This document shows, one piece after another, positions 51,480 to 61,017 of a stretch of 64,000 nucleotides of DNA. Location of the stretch: IMG/VR virus record IMGVR_UViG_3300045988_162372; one strand, written 5' to 3'. The notes beneath the pieces are model-generated. The model did no database searches, was not told where the DNA came from, and saw only the letters and a list, made by a program, of their open reading frames with translations. Position numbers and translations under genes: made by a program. The stretch's first letter is position 1; each line of letters opens with the position of its first letter. Source of the stretch: a virus.

Positions 51480-52097
51480 ATGTTTAAGAATGGAGTCGAT
51501 TTGAATAAGAATGGATGGTATTGCAAGTTCCTGGAATTTCTGTGGGGAGGCAATATTGCAAAGGAGTATAAAAACTTCTGTCCGTTGTTTTGGCTGATTA
51601 TTGGTTCAATAGTCATATCTCCAATAGTCTTGATAATAAAAGGTTTAATTCGTTTTGGTAATATCAAAATAGGATATATGCCAAATAAGGATACTGCCAT
51701 TACTATTGGAAAAAGTGTATTCTGGATTATGAGATTTGTATTTAGTTTGGTAGTAGCTATTAGTATTTCAATATTCTTATACTTAGTAGTTGTTGTCGTT
51801 AGTGATGCTATAGCACAAGGAGAAATATATATGATATTGGCAGTAATAGGGATTTCTGTAATTGTTGCTGCTATTATTGGTGGTTTCCTTTACTATCTTA
51901 TTCATTATGATGGAAAAATGGAAAAAGTCGGTTATCATTATAAAGACCTTGACACTACAAAAGATAAAATAATGGCAATACCATTTATGTTTTTGCGAAT
52001 TATTTTTGTAAAGATATTTGGTGGTTTTTTCAAACTGATAGGTGGTGCGATATATCATATTTATAAAAAATGTTGCCCTATAATTAATTGGAATTAA
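51480..52097 (+). CDS. multi-pass membrane protein (205 aa)
   Basis: ORF track; about 4 hydrophobic helices. Confidence 0.7.
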   Translation: MFKNGVDLNKNGWYCKFLEFLWGGNIAKEYKNFCPLFWLIIGSIVISPIVLIIKGLIRFGNIKIGYMPNKDTAITIGKSVFWIMRFVFSLVVAISISIFLYLVVVVVSDAIAQGEIYMILAVIGISVIVAAIIGGFLYYLIHYDGKMEKVGYHYKDLDTTKDKIMAIPFMFLRIIFVKIFGGFFKLIGGAIYHIYKKCCPIINWN

Positions 52098-52120
52098 GAA
52101 CAATATAAAATAAAAAGATT

Positions 52121-52573
52121 ATGTTATTGATTATAATATTATTTGTGGCATTTTATATACTTGCCTATACACTCTTGAAAAATTGGGACTCTTTTAAATG
52201 GGGTGGAACTTTTGAAGGAAATCAAATGGGATTTGCAATAATTGCAACGGTGGTAGTTGCAGTAATAGTTAATGTAACTTCATATTACATCAATGTTGAT
52301 GATATCAAATATTACCCGTCAGCACCAGAAAAATGTAAAGTTACTACATACGATAAAGAGAATAATAAGATAGTAATTGATAGCGAAGATAAATGGGATA
52401 GTAATGACAAAATATTACGATATTACAACAACAATGAAGTTGATAGCTGTTATGCGGTGAAATATGTTAGCAAGGCAGATACAACATTGAGTATGGCGTG
52501 GTTATTTAATATGTTTCCACCAAAAACTGATTCTGTTATTGTTTATAATATATACAAATACAAGGAAAAATAA
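52121..52573 (+). CDS. membrane protein (150 aa)
   Basis: ORF track; 2 N-terminal TM helices. Confidence 0.7.
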   Translation: MLLIIILFVAFYILAYTLLKNWDSFKWGGTFEGNQMGFAIIATVVVAVIVNVTSYYINVDDIKYYPSAPEKCKVTTYDKENNKIVIDSEDKWDSNDKILRYYNNNEVDSCYAVKYVSKADTTLSMAWLFNMFPPKTDSVIVYNIYKYKEK

Positions 52574-52607
52574 GACTATTTATATCTATAAGAATAGATA
52601 TAAAAAG

Positions 52608-53069
52608 ATGAGAAATAGAGAATACACTTTTATATACTCAAGCCCTTGCATAGAATCTTTACGGGAGCTAATAAATGAAATGTTGTTAATCTTCAATTCA
52701 CCGTTGAGGATTGACGACATTTTCTATTATGGTGTGTTTTGCAAGCCTGAAACATATGCGAATTATCAACATTGGGATGAAGCACCTCTTGACATGGAAG
52801 TACCTTTCTATTTAACTAACCCTTGTTCGACAGAGAAAGATAGAATGGAATATGTCAAAGATATTATCGTACAAGTAATGAAGGGGGAAATGGATAAGCC
52901 ATCTTGGATGATATATGTCGAAATGGAGGAAATATGTAATGAGTATGAACAAGCTCCATCAACATTCCTTTATATTGAAGTTAAGGATGAAACATATAGA
53001 ATACTTGCGGAGAAATTAATAAATTTCTTATATTCTCCAAACTTAATAATAACACTGGCAAATACTTAA
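52608..53069 (+). CDS. hypothetical protein (153 aa)
   Basis: ORF 52539 trimmed to ATG after the upstream stop. Confidence 0.6.
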   Translation: MRNREYTFIYSSPCIESLRELINEMLLIFNSPLRIDDIFYYGVFCKPETYANYQHWDEAPLDMEVPFYLTNPCSTEKDRMEYVKDIIVQVMKGEMDKPSWMIYVEMEEICNEYEQAPSTFLYIEVKDETYRILAEKLINFLYSPNLIITLANT

Positions 53070-53078
53070 AGGGAATAT

Positions 53079-53645
53079 ATGGGAAAACTAATAATATCAG
53101 AAAGCCGTTTGAAACAAATAATAAAGGAAGAAGTCTCTAAGTTAATCAAAGAAACATCTCAAAAATATAAGACTATTTCTATTGATGCGCCTTCGAACAA
53201 AAAGCCAATAGATAATTCAGTCAAAGTATTTTTGGCAGGAACTATTGATGCTGACACTGGAAGTGAGGATTGGCAGCACAAAATTTGTAAAAGAATAGAA
53301 GATACCACTAACAATAAATACAATATCACAATATACAATCCACGAAGAGAGGAATTCCCTGATAGCGGAAGCTCAGAAGTGAGAAGACAAATCAAGTGGG
53401 AACATAAGCACATGGATGATGCAGATTTGATAGTTATGAATATATTAGAGGATTCCAAAAGTCCTATAAGCCTTATGGAAATCGGTATGTATGCAGAGAG
53501 CGGAAAATTGGTGGTGTTCTGTAAGCCTGGTTTTTATCGTTATGATAATGTTCAAATGGTTTGTAAGAAATATAACGTGCCTTTACATAACACAAATGAT
53601 ATTGATGAGATTTGTAAATTAATTTTAAATTATAAAAAGAAATGA
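53079..53645 (+). CDS. nucleoside 2-deoxyribosyltransferase-like (NDT/DNPH1 fold) protein
   Basis: VFLAGTID...DW ... KWEHKHMDDADLIV ... SPISLMEIGMYA pattern typical of the family. Confidence 0.55.
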   Translation: MGKLIISESRLKQIIKEEVSKLIKETSQKYKTISIDAPSNKKPIDNSVKVFLAGTIDADTGSEDWQHKICKRIEDTTNNKYNITIYNPRREEFPDSGSSEVRRQIKWEHKHMDDADLIVMNILEDSKSPISLMEIGMYAESGKLVVFCKPGFYRYDNVQMVCKKYNVPLHNTNDIDEICKLILNYKKK

Positions 53646-54697
53646 TGGAATTAGAACAAATAAAAACAATCCTGATTGATAGAGTAAAAAAATATGATAA
53701 GGATGATATAATTAATCCTATTGATATTCAGCTTTGTGCAGATATACCCACATTATTGTCTGTTATATTAAAACATAAAAAAGATGTTTGTTATAATTTA
53801 GCAGAAGATAAGTATATTGATATGTTATTGAAGAACAATACTTTGACTGTAGATTTACTTGTAGAGTTGTTTACTGAGAAAACACTTAATGAAAATTACA
53901 TTTATACAACGGGTAGTCATAGATTAAGCGGAAGTCACACATATCATGTATTTGGAAATGCGGATGTAAGCGTTTATCACGACAGCATTGTATATGCTTA
54001 TAATCAGGCAATAGTCAAAACAAGACAGAAAGCTACGTTAATAGCGTATGATGAAGTTACATTCACAGCATCTGATGACAGTGTAGTTTATTGTGATAGC
54101 ACTATAAGTGTCAATGGTGATTTCTATGAAAGAACACAAGGTTTATTATCAAATATACATGGCAAAATAAGAGCGTATGCTAATTCCAAATTGACAGCTA
54201 TCAAATGTTCTCAGATTGAAATGTATGATAAATCTACTGCTGAGATAAGATGTGGCTCAAAGGCAAAGACTCTGGATAAATCCCAAATAACTTGTTGCTA
54301 CGATTCATCTGTGGATGCTTTTGATAATTCTTGTATATACGCTTATGGTAGTTCAACTGTAAGAATGTTTAATAATTCTTATGGCTACTTCTTTGATAAT
54401 AGTTATTGCATCGCTGATTCTGCAAATGAGATAACTGCAAAGGACAATAGTATTGTTGAAGCAGGTCAATATGTTAAATTTATAAATGCCTATAATTATA
54501 GCACTATCAAGATTAAGAAAATGGGAGCAAAACTAAGGGCATACGATAATTCAATCATAGAAGATTATGCTGACATCTACACCAACGCATTAAATAATGC
54601 CGTTATTATATGGATGAACAAACATCAAATATTTAAAAACCAACAAAAATATAGCGCAGAAGTTCCATTTGATTATACAGATGAACAGAAATGCTAA
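53642..54697 (+). CDS. repeat protein, probable beta-solenoid (351 aa)
   Basis: Many approximately 20-aa-spaced (Y/F)D(N/S/K)S repeats: YHDSIV, SDDSVV, YDKSTA, YDSSVD, FDNSCI, FNNSYG, FDNSYC, KDNSIV, YDNSII. Confidence 0.6.
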   Translation: MMELEQIKTILIDRVKKYDKDDIINPIDIQLCADIPTLLSVILKHKKDVCYNLAEDKYIDMLLKNNTLTVDLLVELFTEKTLNENYIYTTGSHRLSGSHTYHVFGNADVSVYHDSIVYAYNQAIVKTRQKATLIAYDEVTFTASDDSVVYCDSTISVNGDFYERTQGLLSNIHGKIRAYANSKLTAIKCSQIEMYDKSTAEIRCGSKAKTLDKSQITCCYDSSVDAFDNSCIYAYGSSTVRMFNNSYGYFFDNSYCIADSANEITAKDNSIVEAGQYVKFINAYNYSTIKIKKMGAKLRAYDNSIIEDYADIYTNALNNAVIIWMNKHQIFKNQQKYSAEVPFDYTDEQKC

Positions 54698-54728
54698 GAC
54701 AGAAAAATAATATGTTTTTGTATTTTTT

Positions 54729-54762
54729 AACGGGAATTATTGTGTTAGTTCCCGTTTATTTT
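54729..54762 (+). terminator. rho-independent terminator
   Basis: Stem AACGGGAA/TTCCCGTT then T-rich run. Confidence 0.75.
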
Positions 54763-54763
54763 G

Positions 54764-54771
54764 TATCTTTG
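54764..54771 (+). promoter_or_regulatory. -7 promoter box TAnnTTTG
   Basis: TAtcTTTG upstream of ATG 54806. Confidence 0.6.
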
Positions 54772-54805
54772 CGACAAATAATATAATCAAATAAGCTAAA
54801 CAGTT

Positions 54806-55477
54806 ATGGTAGTTATCAGTAAAGACTTAGAGAATACAATTAAAAATAAGTTTGTCGTTCCTTACTTGACTATTCTGAAAGACAATCAATATTTGGTAAT
54901 CACTGATGAAGACGATGTGATTCAAGGAAGATTTGTAAATAATGATGATAATTTAATTGAAATATTCAATATATACAATACAAAAGAAGTGGAGAAATAT
55001 GTTGAATGGATGTATCCCCTCTCATTCTTTGTTCGAGATATTGATAAATGGGAGTTGTTGAAATTCAATGTATTTGACAGAAAGGGTTATGTGCAATTTA
55101 TGAAGAACAATCTGAGAAAGAGCGTGGAACAAGTAATCAAATTTCGTAGTGATGATAATGACACCTATTCAATGATGAAAGAAAAGATTGAAAAATATGG
55201 TGGCAAAGTTGTGTCATTTGAGACTAATGATGATGGTTTACTGGTAGGAGCAACAATAACCGATGAGGATTTGTATTGGGTATACGTAGATAAAGATTTC
55301 AAAGTACATTTGTCTTCCGCTGTCGGTGCTTTCAAGGTTATAGAAAATCCTGACGATAGTTTCAAAACATTATTGCATGTAGCACAAAGTGAACCTGAGA
55401 ATATTGCACTTATTGTTAATGAAAGAGTGGAAGATGATATTGATTACATATTTACAGGATTAAAAATCAGAGAATAA
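54806..55477 (+). CDS. hypothetical protein (223 aa)
   Basis: ORF track. Confidence 0.7.
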   Translation: MVVISKDLENTIKNKFVVPYLTILKDNQYLVITDEDDVIQGRFVNNDDNLIEIFNIYNTKEVEKYVEWMYPLSFFVRDIDKWELLKFNVFDRKGYVQFMKNNLRKSVEQVIKFRSDDNDTYSMMKEKIEKYGGKVVSFETNDDGLLVGATITDEDLYWVYVDKDFKVHLSSAVGAFKVIENPDDSFKTLLHVAQSEPENIALIVNERVEDDIDYIFTGLKIRE

Positions 55478-55478
55478 G

Positions 55479-55694
55479 ATGAAAAATATAAAAGTTTCTT
55501 ATAGAATAACTACTAAAAGTGGTGGATGGTCTAAATTTAATAGCATTGAAGGAGCTATTACATATTATAAAAAGTTATATATTCAAGGTATTAAACGTCA
55601 AATCTTAAACATTATTAAGGTAACGGAAGAATATTTACCACAGGAAGAAATTGACAAAATTAATAAAGAAATTCAAAAGGAGATTAAAATATGA
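55479..55694 (+). CDS. hypothetical protein (71 aa)
   Basis: ORF track. Confidence 0.65.
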   Translation: MKNIKVSYRITTKSGGWSKFNSIEGAITYYKKLYIQGIKRQILNIIKVTEEYLPQEEIDKINKEIQKEIKI

Positions 55695-56098
55695 AAACAA
55701 AAAATTACAATCAGGCATTTGAAGAATTGATTAAATGTCTTTTGAAGAACACAAAAGAAGCAAAGTGTGTCACAGCATTAAAGTTCTTGGTGGAAGAATA
55801 TAAAGGTGACGTGAATCTAAAAGAAATCGTTGTCACAGAATATGCTAAATTCTTAGGATTTTGGTTTCCTTATTTGCGAGAAACATTAAAAACTTCAAAG
55901 AAAATGCAGAATTATCTTTTGACTAAAAGATTTCTTAATCCTAATGGATGGTTTGATAAAATTTGGGATTTAAAATATGAAAAAACAGATAAAAATAGAA
56001 TGTACCAAATTATAAGTCACACACAAGCAATAGTTAAGGCTCTCATTCAGACACAGAGAAGAAAACTTGGTTTTGACCAAAACAGTACAAAATATTAA
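55691..56098 (+). CDS. hypothetical protein (135 aa)
   Basis: ORF track; ATGA overlap. Confidence 0.65.
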   Translation: MKTKNYNQAFEELIKCLLKNTKEAKCVTALKFLVEEYKGDVNLKEIVVTEYAKFLGFWFPYLRETLKTSKKMQNYLLTKRFLNPNGWFDKIWDLKYEKTDKNRMYQIISHTQAIVKALIQTQRRKLGFDQNSTKY

Positions 56099-56110
56099 AG
56101 ACATAGAGAA

Positions 56111-56320
56111 ATGGGCGAAGCATTTAAAGAATTTCAAAAAGAAGTACGTGGGACACTTGAAACACTTTTAATCGTGTTCATTGTTCTGAAGCTAACAGAC
56201 CTAATAAATTGGTCTTGGGTGTGGGTTTTAGCTCCATTTTGGATACCTGCATGTGTGGCAATAGTCGGAGTAATAATATATTTAATTATTTTCATCTGTA
56301 ATAAAGACATTAATGAGTAA
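56111..56320 (+). CDS. small membrane protein (69 aa)
   Basis: ORF track; two TM helices. Confidence 0.65.
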   Translation: MGEAFKEFQKEVRGTLETLLIVFIVLKLTDLINWSWVWVLAPFWIPACVAIVGVIIYLIIFICNKDINE

Positions 56321-56975
56321 CACAAAATATCCAAGAACATACCATTTTCCATTTTCACCAGGTGCTACAAGCGACGATAAAATAGTTGATGAGGAATGGT
56401 TTGAATATTTCAAAGGTAAAGAATTAGTTATCACTGAAAAACTTGACGGTTCTAATACTGCCATAATGCAGAGTGGTGTATATTCTCGTTCACATGCCGC
56501 ACCATCAGTAAATGAATGGGATAAATATCTCTTTAGGCATGGTGGTATTTTCGACAAGATTAAGCCTTTAATAAGTGAGGATGAAATTATATACGGAGAA
56601 AATATGTATGCCGTTCATTCCATTGAATATGAGCATCTTCCTGATTATTTCTTTGTATTTAATATCCGTAATAGTGAAGAATATTATTCTTGGGATGAAC
56701 TTGAAGAAATGTGTGAAATCATCGGTTTGAAGCATGTTCCACTGCTTGATAGAGCAGTATTTAATAAGCCAGAGGACTTACAGAATACAATACTTGAACT
56801 TATGAAAAATGGTTCAACCTTTGGTAATACTATTGAAGGTGTTGTAGTCAGAGTAGCTGAAAGATTTTCGACACAAGATTTCAAACATAATGTAATAAAA
56901 TATGTGCGAGCAAACCATGTTCAAACTGATATTCATTGGACAAGGAATTGGAAACAGGCAAAATTGAATCCTTAA
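56313..56975 (+). CDS. ATP-dependent RNA ligase (RNA_ligase/Rnl2-Rnl5-like nucleotidyltransferase)
   Basis: N-terminal KYPRTYHFPFSPG..SDD and motif I lysine in TEKLDGSN. Confidence 0.75.
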   Translation: MSNTKYPRTYHFPFSPGATSDDKIVDEEWFEYFKGKELVITEKLDGSNTAIMQSGVYSRSHAAPSVNEWDKYLFRHGGIFDKIKPLISEDEIIYGENMYAVHSIEYEHLPDYFFVFNIRNSEEYYSWDELEEMCEIIGLKHVPLLDRAVFNKPEDLQNTILELMKNGSTFGNTIEGVVVRVAERFSTQDFKHNVIKYVRANHVQTDIHWTRNWKQAKLNP

Positions 56976-56990
56976 AAACAATAAAAAATT

Positions 56991-57380
56991 ATGACATATC
57001 AGATTTATTATAGACCCGACAACTCTGCCGAAAATAGTAGAGGATATGTGATGTTCGATATTGAATATTATCGTGAACAATCTCAAACGAAAGATAAATG
57101 GTTTTCTGAAATTAGATGTCTACCTTGTGTAGAAGGTAATACACGTTTTTTAAGAGATGTATTTGAGCATAAAATAGATATTGACTTTGATTTTGAAGAA
57201 TTTATCAAAGAAGGGACTGAAATACAAGAATTACGTGGTTTACTATATGAAAGGTTTAATAACAAGCCAAAAGAAGATGAAGAATCCCGTGAATTCCATT
57301 ACCATATCTTTGGAAAAGTATTAGAAAAATTATTAAATGATTTCGCTAATAAATATAAATTATATATTAATAAAGACTAA
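56991..57380 (+). CDS. hypothetical protein (129 aa)
   Basis: ORF track. Confidence 0.65.
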   Translation: MTYQIYYRPDNSAENSRGYVMFDIEYYREQSQTKDKWFSEIRCLPCVEGNTRFLRDVFEHKIDIDFDFEEFIKEGTEIQELRGLLYERFNNKPKEDEESREFHYHIFGKVLEKLLNDFANKYKLYINKD

Positions 57381-57398
57381 CTTAAAAAATCATAAATT

Positions 57399-57815
57399 AT
57401 GAATGTAGAAAATAAGAAAATTTGGGATGAAATTTTCCAAAAGCAGCCACCTGTAAACAATGATGATTGTTGTGTAATGTGTGAGGGTGAGAATGGCGAA
57501 TATATACCTGCAACTCCACTTGGTTTTGATGACGAGCAGAAAACATTTGATGCTTTGAAAGAAATCATCGAAACAGCTATTAAAGTCAAGAAATATAAAA
57601 CTTGGCATATAGGAAGTGGACTTGTAGAAACTTATACTGAAGATAAATCTCCCATTGAAGAGTTCGATGTTGTTTATCTTTTTTCAAAATCCTGGGAAGA
57701 GCCATTGTTCCCTGTTTTGGTTAAAGAGATTACTGACAAAGTGATTAAAGTTCAGTGGATAGGTGGAAAAGAGAATGAGGATATTATTAATAAGGAAATT
57801 CCTTACAAACAATAA
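57399..57815 (+). CDS. hypothetical protein (138 aa)
   Basis: ORF track. Confidence 0.65.
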   Translation: MNVENKKIWDEIFQKQPPVNNDDCCVMCEGENGEYIPATPLGFDDEQKTFDALKEIIETAIKVKKYKTWHIGSGLVETYTEDKSPIEEFDVVYLFSKSWEEPLFPVLVKEITDKVIKVQWIGGKENEDIINKEIPYKQ

Positions 57816-57840
57816 TTTAATTTGAATTATTAGATATAAA

Positions 57841-57882
57841 ATGCTGTGATATGCGACAAATATCATAGCATTTTTACTTTTT
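57841..57882 (+). terminator. rho-independent terminator
   Basis: 12-bp stem ATGCTGTGATAT/ATATCATAGCAT (one G.U) then T-runs. Confidence 0.75.
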
Positions 57883-57918
57883 TAACATTATAAATTTTGA
57901 TTTCTGTGTTGATTTCAC

Positions 57919-57926
57919 TATCTTTG
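57919..57926 (+). promoter_or_regulatory. -7 promoter box TAnnTTTG
   Basis: TAtcTTTG(CA) inside the longer ORF call 57897. Confidence 0.65.
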
Positions 57927-57956
57927 CACTTAGTTAATATAAAATATAAATATAAT

Positions 57957-59162
57957 ATGGAACAAATTATCAAACATTTTACAGACAATGACGCTTATAC
58001 GTTTACTTGTCAATACTACATATTGAAGACATATCCTCGTGCTGAAGTAGAATATAAATTCTTTGATAGGAATCATACAAAGTATCCGAAAGGCTTTGCC
58101 GAGCTATTACAAGAACAGGTGAATTACATGAAAGATGTGATTATCACAGACGAAGAGATTGCATTTATGTCTAAGAATATGTATTATCTTCCTTTATGGT
58201 ATTTTACTTTCTTGAAAGGTTATAGATTTAACCCTAACGAAGTAACTATTTCACAAGATAATGAGGGTCATCTTGATATTGCGGTAAAAGGAAAGTGGTT
58301 TTCAACGATTATGTGGGAAATGCCATTACTTTCTTGTATTTCTGAATTGATGCATAAACTTAATGGTGATGAGGATAAATATAATTTAGCAACAGAATAT
58401 TGGAAAAATTATGATAAAATGACCAAAGCACTTCAAAATGGCTTAATCATCTCCGATATGGGAACAAGACGCAGATTTTCTTATAATTATCATCACAATG
58501 TAATTAGATCTTTTGTTGAAGCATCTGAAAAATCAATGGAAGAACTTTATAGTTACGGAGAATTTGTAGGAACATCAAACGTATGGCTTGCCAAAAGATA
58601 TAATTTAAGACCAATCGGTACGATGTCTCATCAAATTATTTCGTTTGAAGAAACTGTTAGTGGTATCTTTGAATGTAATAATCAAACAATGTCTAAATGG
58701 AGTGAATGTTATGATGGTTTAAACGGAACATATCTCTATGATTGTTTTGGTGATAAAGTATTCTTTAACAATTTCCAAACAAAATATGCAAAATTATTTG
58801 ATGGATTAAGAGTAGATAGTGGTGACGAGTTTGAACAAATAGAAAAAATCATTGATAAATATAAGTCTTTGGGAGTTGATCCTAAGACAAAAACTGTCGT
58901 ATTCAGCAATGGGTTGAATTTGGATAAAGCATTGGAAATACATAAATACATTGGTGGAAGAGTTAGAGATACATATGGTATCGGCACATTCTTTACTTGT
59001 GATATTGAGAATGTTAAACCTTCAAATATTGTAATCAAATTGGTAAAAGGGAGAATTACTGAACAACGTGAATGGCATGATTGTGTGAAGCTCTCCTGTG
59101 ATAAAGGAAAGACACTGGGTAATCAAGAGAAATGTAACTATTTGTCTAACATTATTAATTGA
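57957..59162 (+). CDS. pncB: nicotinate phosphoribosyltransferase
   Basis: DNDAYTFTC and YRFNPNEVTISQDNEGHLDIAVKGKWFSTIMWEMPLLSCISE parallel remembered E. coli PncB DTDAYKLHM / [41 protein letters not shown]. Confidence 0.85.
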   Translation: MEQIIKHFTDNDAYTFTCQYYILKTYPRAEVEYKFFDRNHTKYPKGFAELLQEQVNYMKDVIITDEEIAFMSKNMYYLPLWYFTFLKGYRFNPNEVTISQDNEGHLDIAVKGKWFSTIMWEMPLLSCISELMHKLNGDEDKYNLATEYWKNYDKMTKALQNGLIISDMGTRRRFSYNYHHNVIRSFVEASEKSMEELYSYGEFVGTSNVWLAKRYNLRPIGTMSHQIISFEETVSGIFECNNQTMSKWSECYDGLNGTYLYDCFGDKVFFNNFQTKYAKLFDGLRVDSGDEFEQIEKIIDKYKSLGVDPKTKTVVFSNGLNLDKALEIHKYIGGRVRDTYGIGTFFTCDIENVKPSNIVIKLVKGRITEQREWHDCVKLSCDKGKTLGNQEKCNYLSNIIN

Positions 59163-59169
59163 TGAAATT

Positions 59170-59979
59170 ATGAAAAATAACAAACTTATACTTTGTGGAA
59201 TTTTTGGAGATATTATCGGAAAGCATTTCGAGTTTTTGAGAATAGCCAATAAGACAAAAGACTTTGAATTGTTTAGTAAAGATTCAACATACACAGATGA
59301 TACAATGTGTACGTTGGCTGTAATGAAGTGGCTCATTGATGATGTAAAGAAGCCCTTAGCACCTATTATGCGTGAAACATGTAATGTTGAACCATATAGA
59401 GGATATGGTGGAATGTTTCGTAAATGGTTACATGATGAAACTATGAGTGCCTACGGCAGTTTTGGGAATGGCAGTGGAATGCGAGTTGCACCTGTAGGTT
59501 GGTATGCCAAGACGGAAGAAGAGTGTCTTGAACTTGCAAAGCAATCTGCGATAATCACACATAATCATCCAGAGGGTATAAAGGGTGCGCAAGCTATTGC
59601 ATTGTCTGTATTTATGGCAAAGAATGGTAAGAGCAAACAAGATATTAAAGAAAGAATAACAGAGTTGTTCCACTATAATTTGGATAGAACACTCGATGAA
59701 ATTCGCCCTCACTATCATTTTGATGTAACTTGTCAAGGCTCTGTTCCAGAAGCAATTATTTCTTTCCTTGAAAGTACATCCGTCGAAGATGCTGTAAGAA
59801 ATGCTGTTTCACTTGGTGGTGATACTGACACACAAGGAATAATGGCAGGAGCTATTGCAGAAGCATATTACAAAGATTATGGAGATAGCATTATCTATGA
59901 CAAGACGTTGGAATATCTTCCACAAAAACATCTTGATGTAATAAAGAAATTTAACGAGAAAGTAAAAAATGCACAGTAA
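59170..59979 (+). CDS. ADP-ribosylglycohydrolase (ARH/DraG family)
   Basis: GDIIGKHFEF, YTDDTMCT, GNGSGMRVAPVG, THNHPEGIKGAQAIA, GGDTDTQGIMAGAIAEA; ORF 59098 trimmed to ATG 59170. Confidence 0.85.
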   Translation: MKNNKLILCGIFGDIIGKHFEFLRIANKTKDFELFSKDSTYTDDTMCTLAVMKWLIDDVKKPLAPIMRETCNVEPYRGYGGMFRKWLHDETMSAYGSFGNGSGMRVAPVGWYAKTEEECLELAKQSAIITHNHPEGIKGAQAIALSVFMAKNGKSKQDIKERITELFHYNLDRTLDEIRPHYHFDVTCQGSVPEAIISFLESTSVEDAVRNAVSLGGDTDTQGIMAGAIAEAYYKDYGDSIIYDKTLEYLPQKHLDVIKKFNEKVKNAQ

Positions 59980-60880
59980 TAGATTTATTGTTAAGGAAGA
60001 ACTTTCTGTATCTGATACAGTTGTAAAAATAACAAATGAAATATATACCCAATTGCTTAATAAATTAAGTATTGGAAAATCTTTTATTTCAAAAGAACGA
60101 AATGTTATAATTAAAAAAGGTATTTTTGATTATCAAACAGCAGGAAAACTCAAGAATACATCTTTTATTAAAGTAAAATATGTCGTTTATTATTTTAATG
60201 ATGAACAAGAACATCAAGCATATATGAAATACGGTTATTTCAGAATGAATTCTTCTGCTGATTATGAAAATAGGGTAATTAATTTATATTTATCAATGGT
60301 AGATAACAAACCTACGATTGATTTCAAGAGTGATATACAACACGAAGTTAATCATATATTCCAATATGATAATGGTCAGCAAAAGGATGAGGATTTCTAT
60401 AAAAAGATTATTGATTTGAACAAAAGTAAGGTTAAAATGGATAGAATCATCGCTCGTGCGTTGTATTACACTTTCCCAACGGAACAGGATTCTTTTGTTT
60501 CTCAATATTATGCTTATTTAAAACGAAATAATATCCCTATCAAACAAGCAATTAATTATCGTTATGATAAAAATTGTCCTTATTATGATTTTGATACTCT
60601 TTTTGATAATATTGATGATATAAGTGGAGAAATAACTGATGAATATACACAAGATAAATTAGGTATCAGTTCTAAAAAATTATTCAACATCTTGAATAAT
60701 GCAGATGATAGATTTACTAACAAATTAGGAAAAGTAATAATGCGTTATGTTCAAGAAAAAGAACTAAATGAAGATTTCGAACACAGCGAAATTCATCTTA
60801 AAATTGATCCTCGTTTATCATTTGTATTAGAATGTTATAAGAAAGGAATTAATGAAGAAGAAAGTGAGTATTTTGAATAA
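59969..60880 (+). CDS. hypothetical protein with HExxH motif (303 aa)
   Basis: DIQHEVNHIFQ; otherwise unrecognised. Confidence 0.6.
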   Translation: MHSNRFIVKEELSVSDTVVKITNEIYTQLLNKLSIGKSFISKERNVIIKKGIFDYQTAGKLKNTSFIKVKYVVYYFNDEQEHQAYMKYGYFRMNSSADYENRVINLYLSMVDNKPTIDFKSDIQHEVNHIFQYDNGQQKDEDFYKKIIDLNKSKVKMDRIIARALYYTFPTEQDSFVSQYYAYLKRNNIPIKQAINYRYDKNCPYYDFDTLFDNIDDISGEITDEYTQDKLGISSKKLFNILNNADDRFTNKLGKVIMRYVQEKELNEDFEHSEIHLKIDPRLSFVLECYKKGINEEESEYFE

Positions 60881-60887
60881 TATGTGT

Positions 60888-60921
60888 AATGACTTAGAAA
60901 ATTAGTCCTAAGTCATTTTTA
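60888..60921 (+). terminator. rho-independent terminator
   Basis: 10-bp stem AATGACTTAG/CTAAGTCATT then T-run. Confidence 0.75.
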
Positions 60922-60963
60922 TATTATTAACAGTTCTAATTTGTTTCTTTCATTGAAAAATGT

Positions 60964-60971
60964 TATCTTTG
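60964..60971 (+). promoter_or_regulatory. -7 promoter box TAnnTTTG
   Basis: TAtcTTTG(CA); about 95-nt leader to ATG 61069. Confidence 0.65.
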
Positions 60972-61017
60972 CAACGTGAGATGTAAAAAAAAATAATGTT
61001 TAACAATAAAAGGATAT

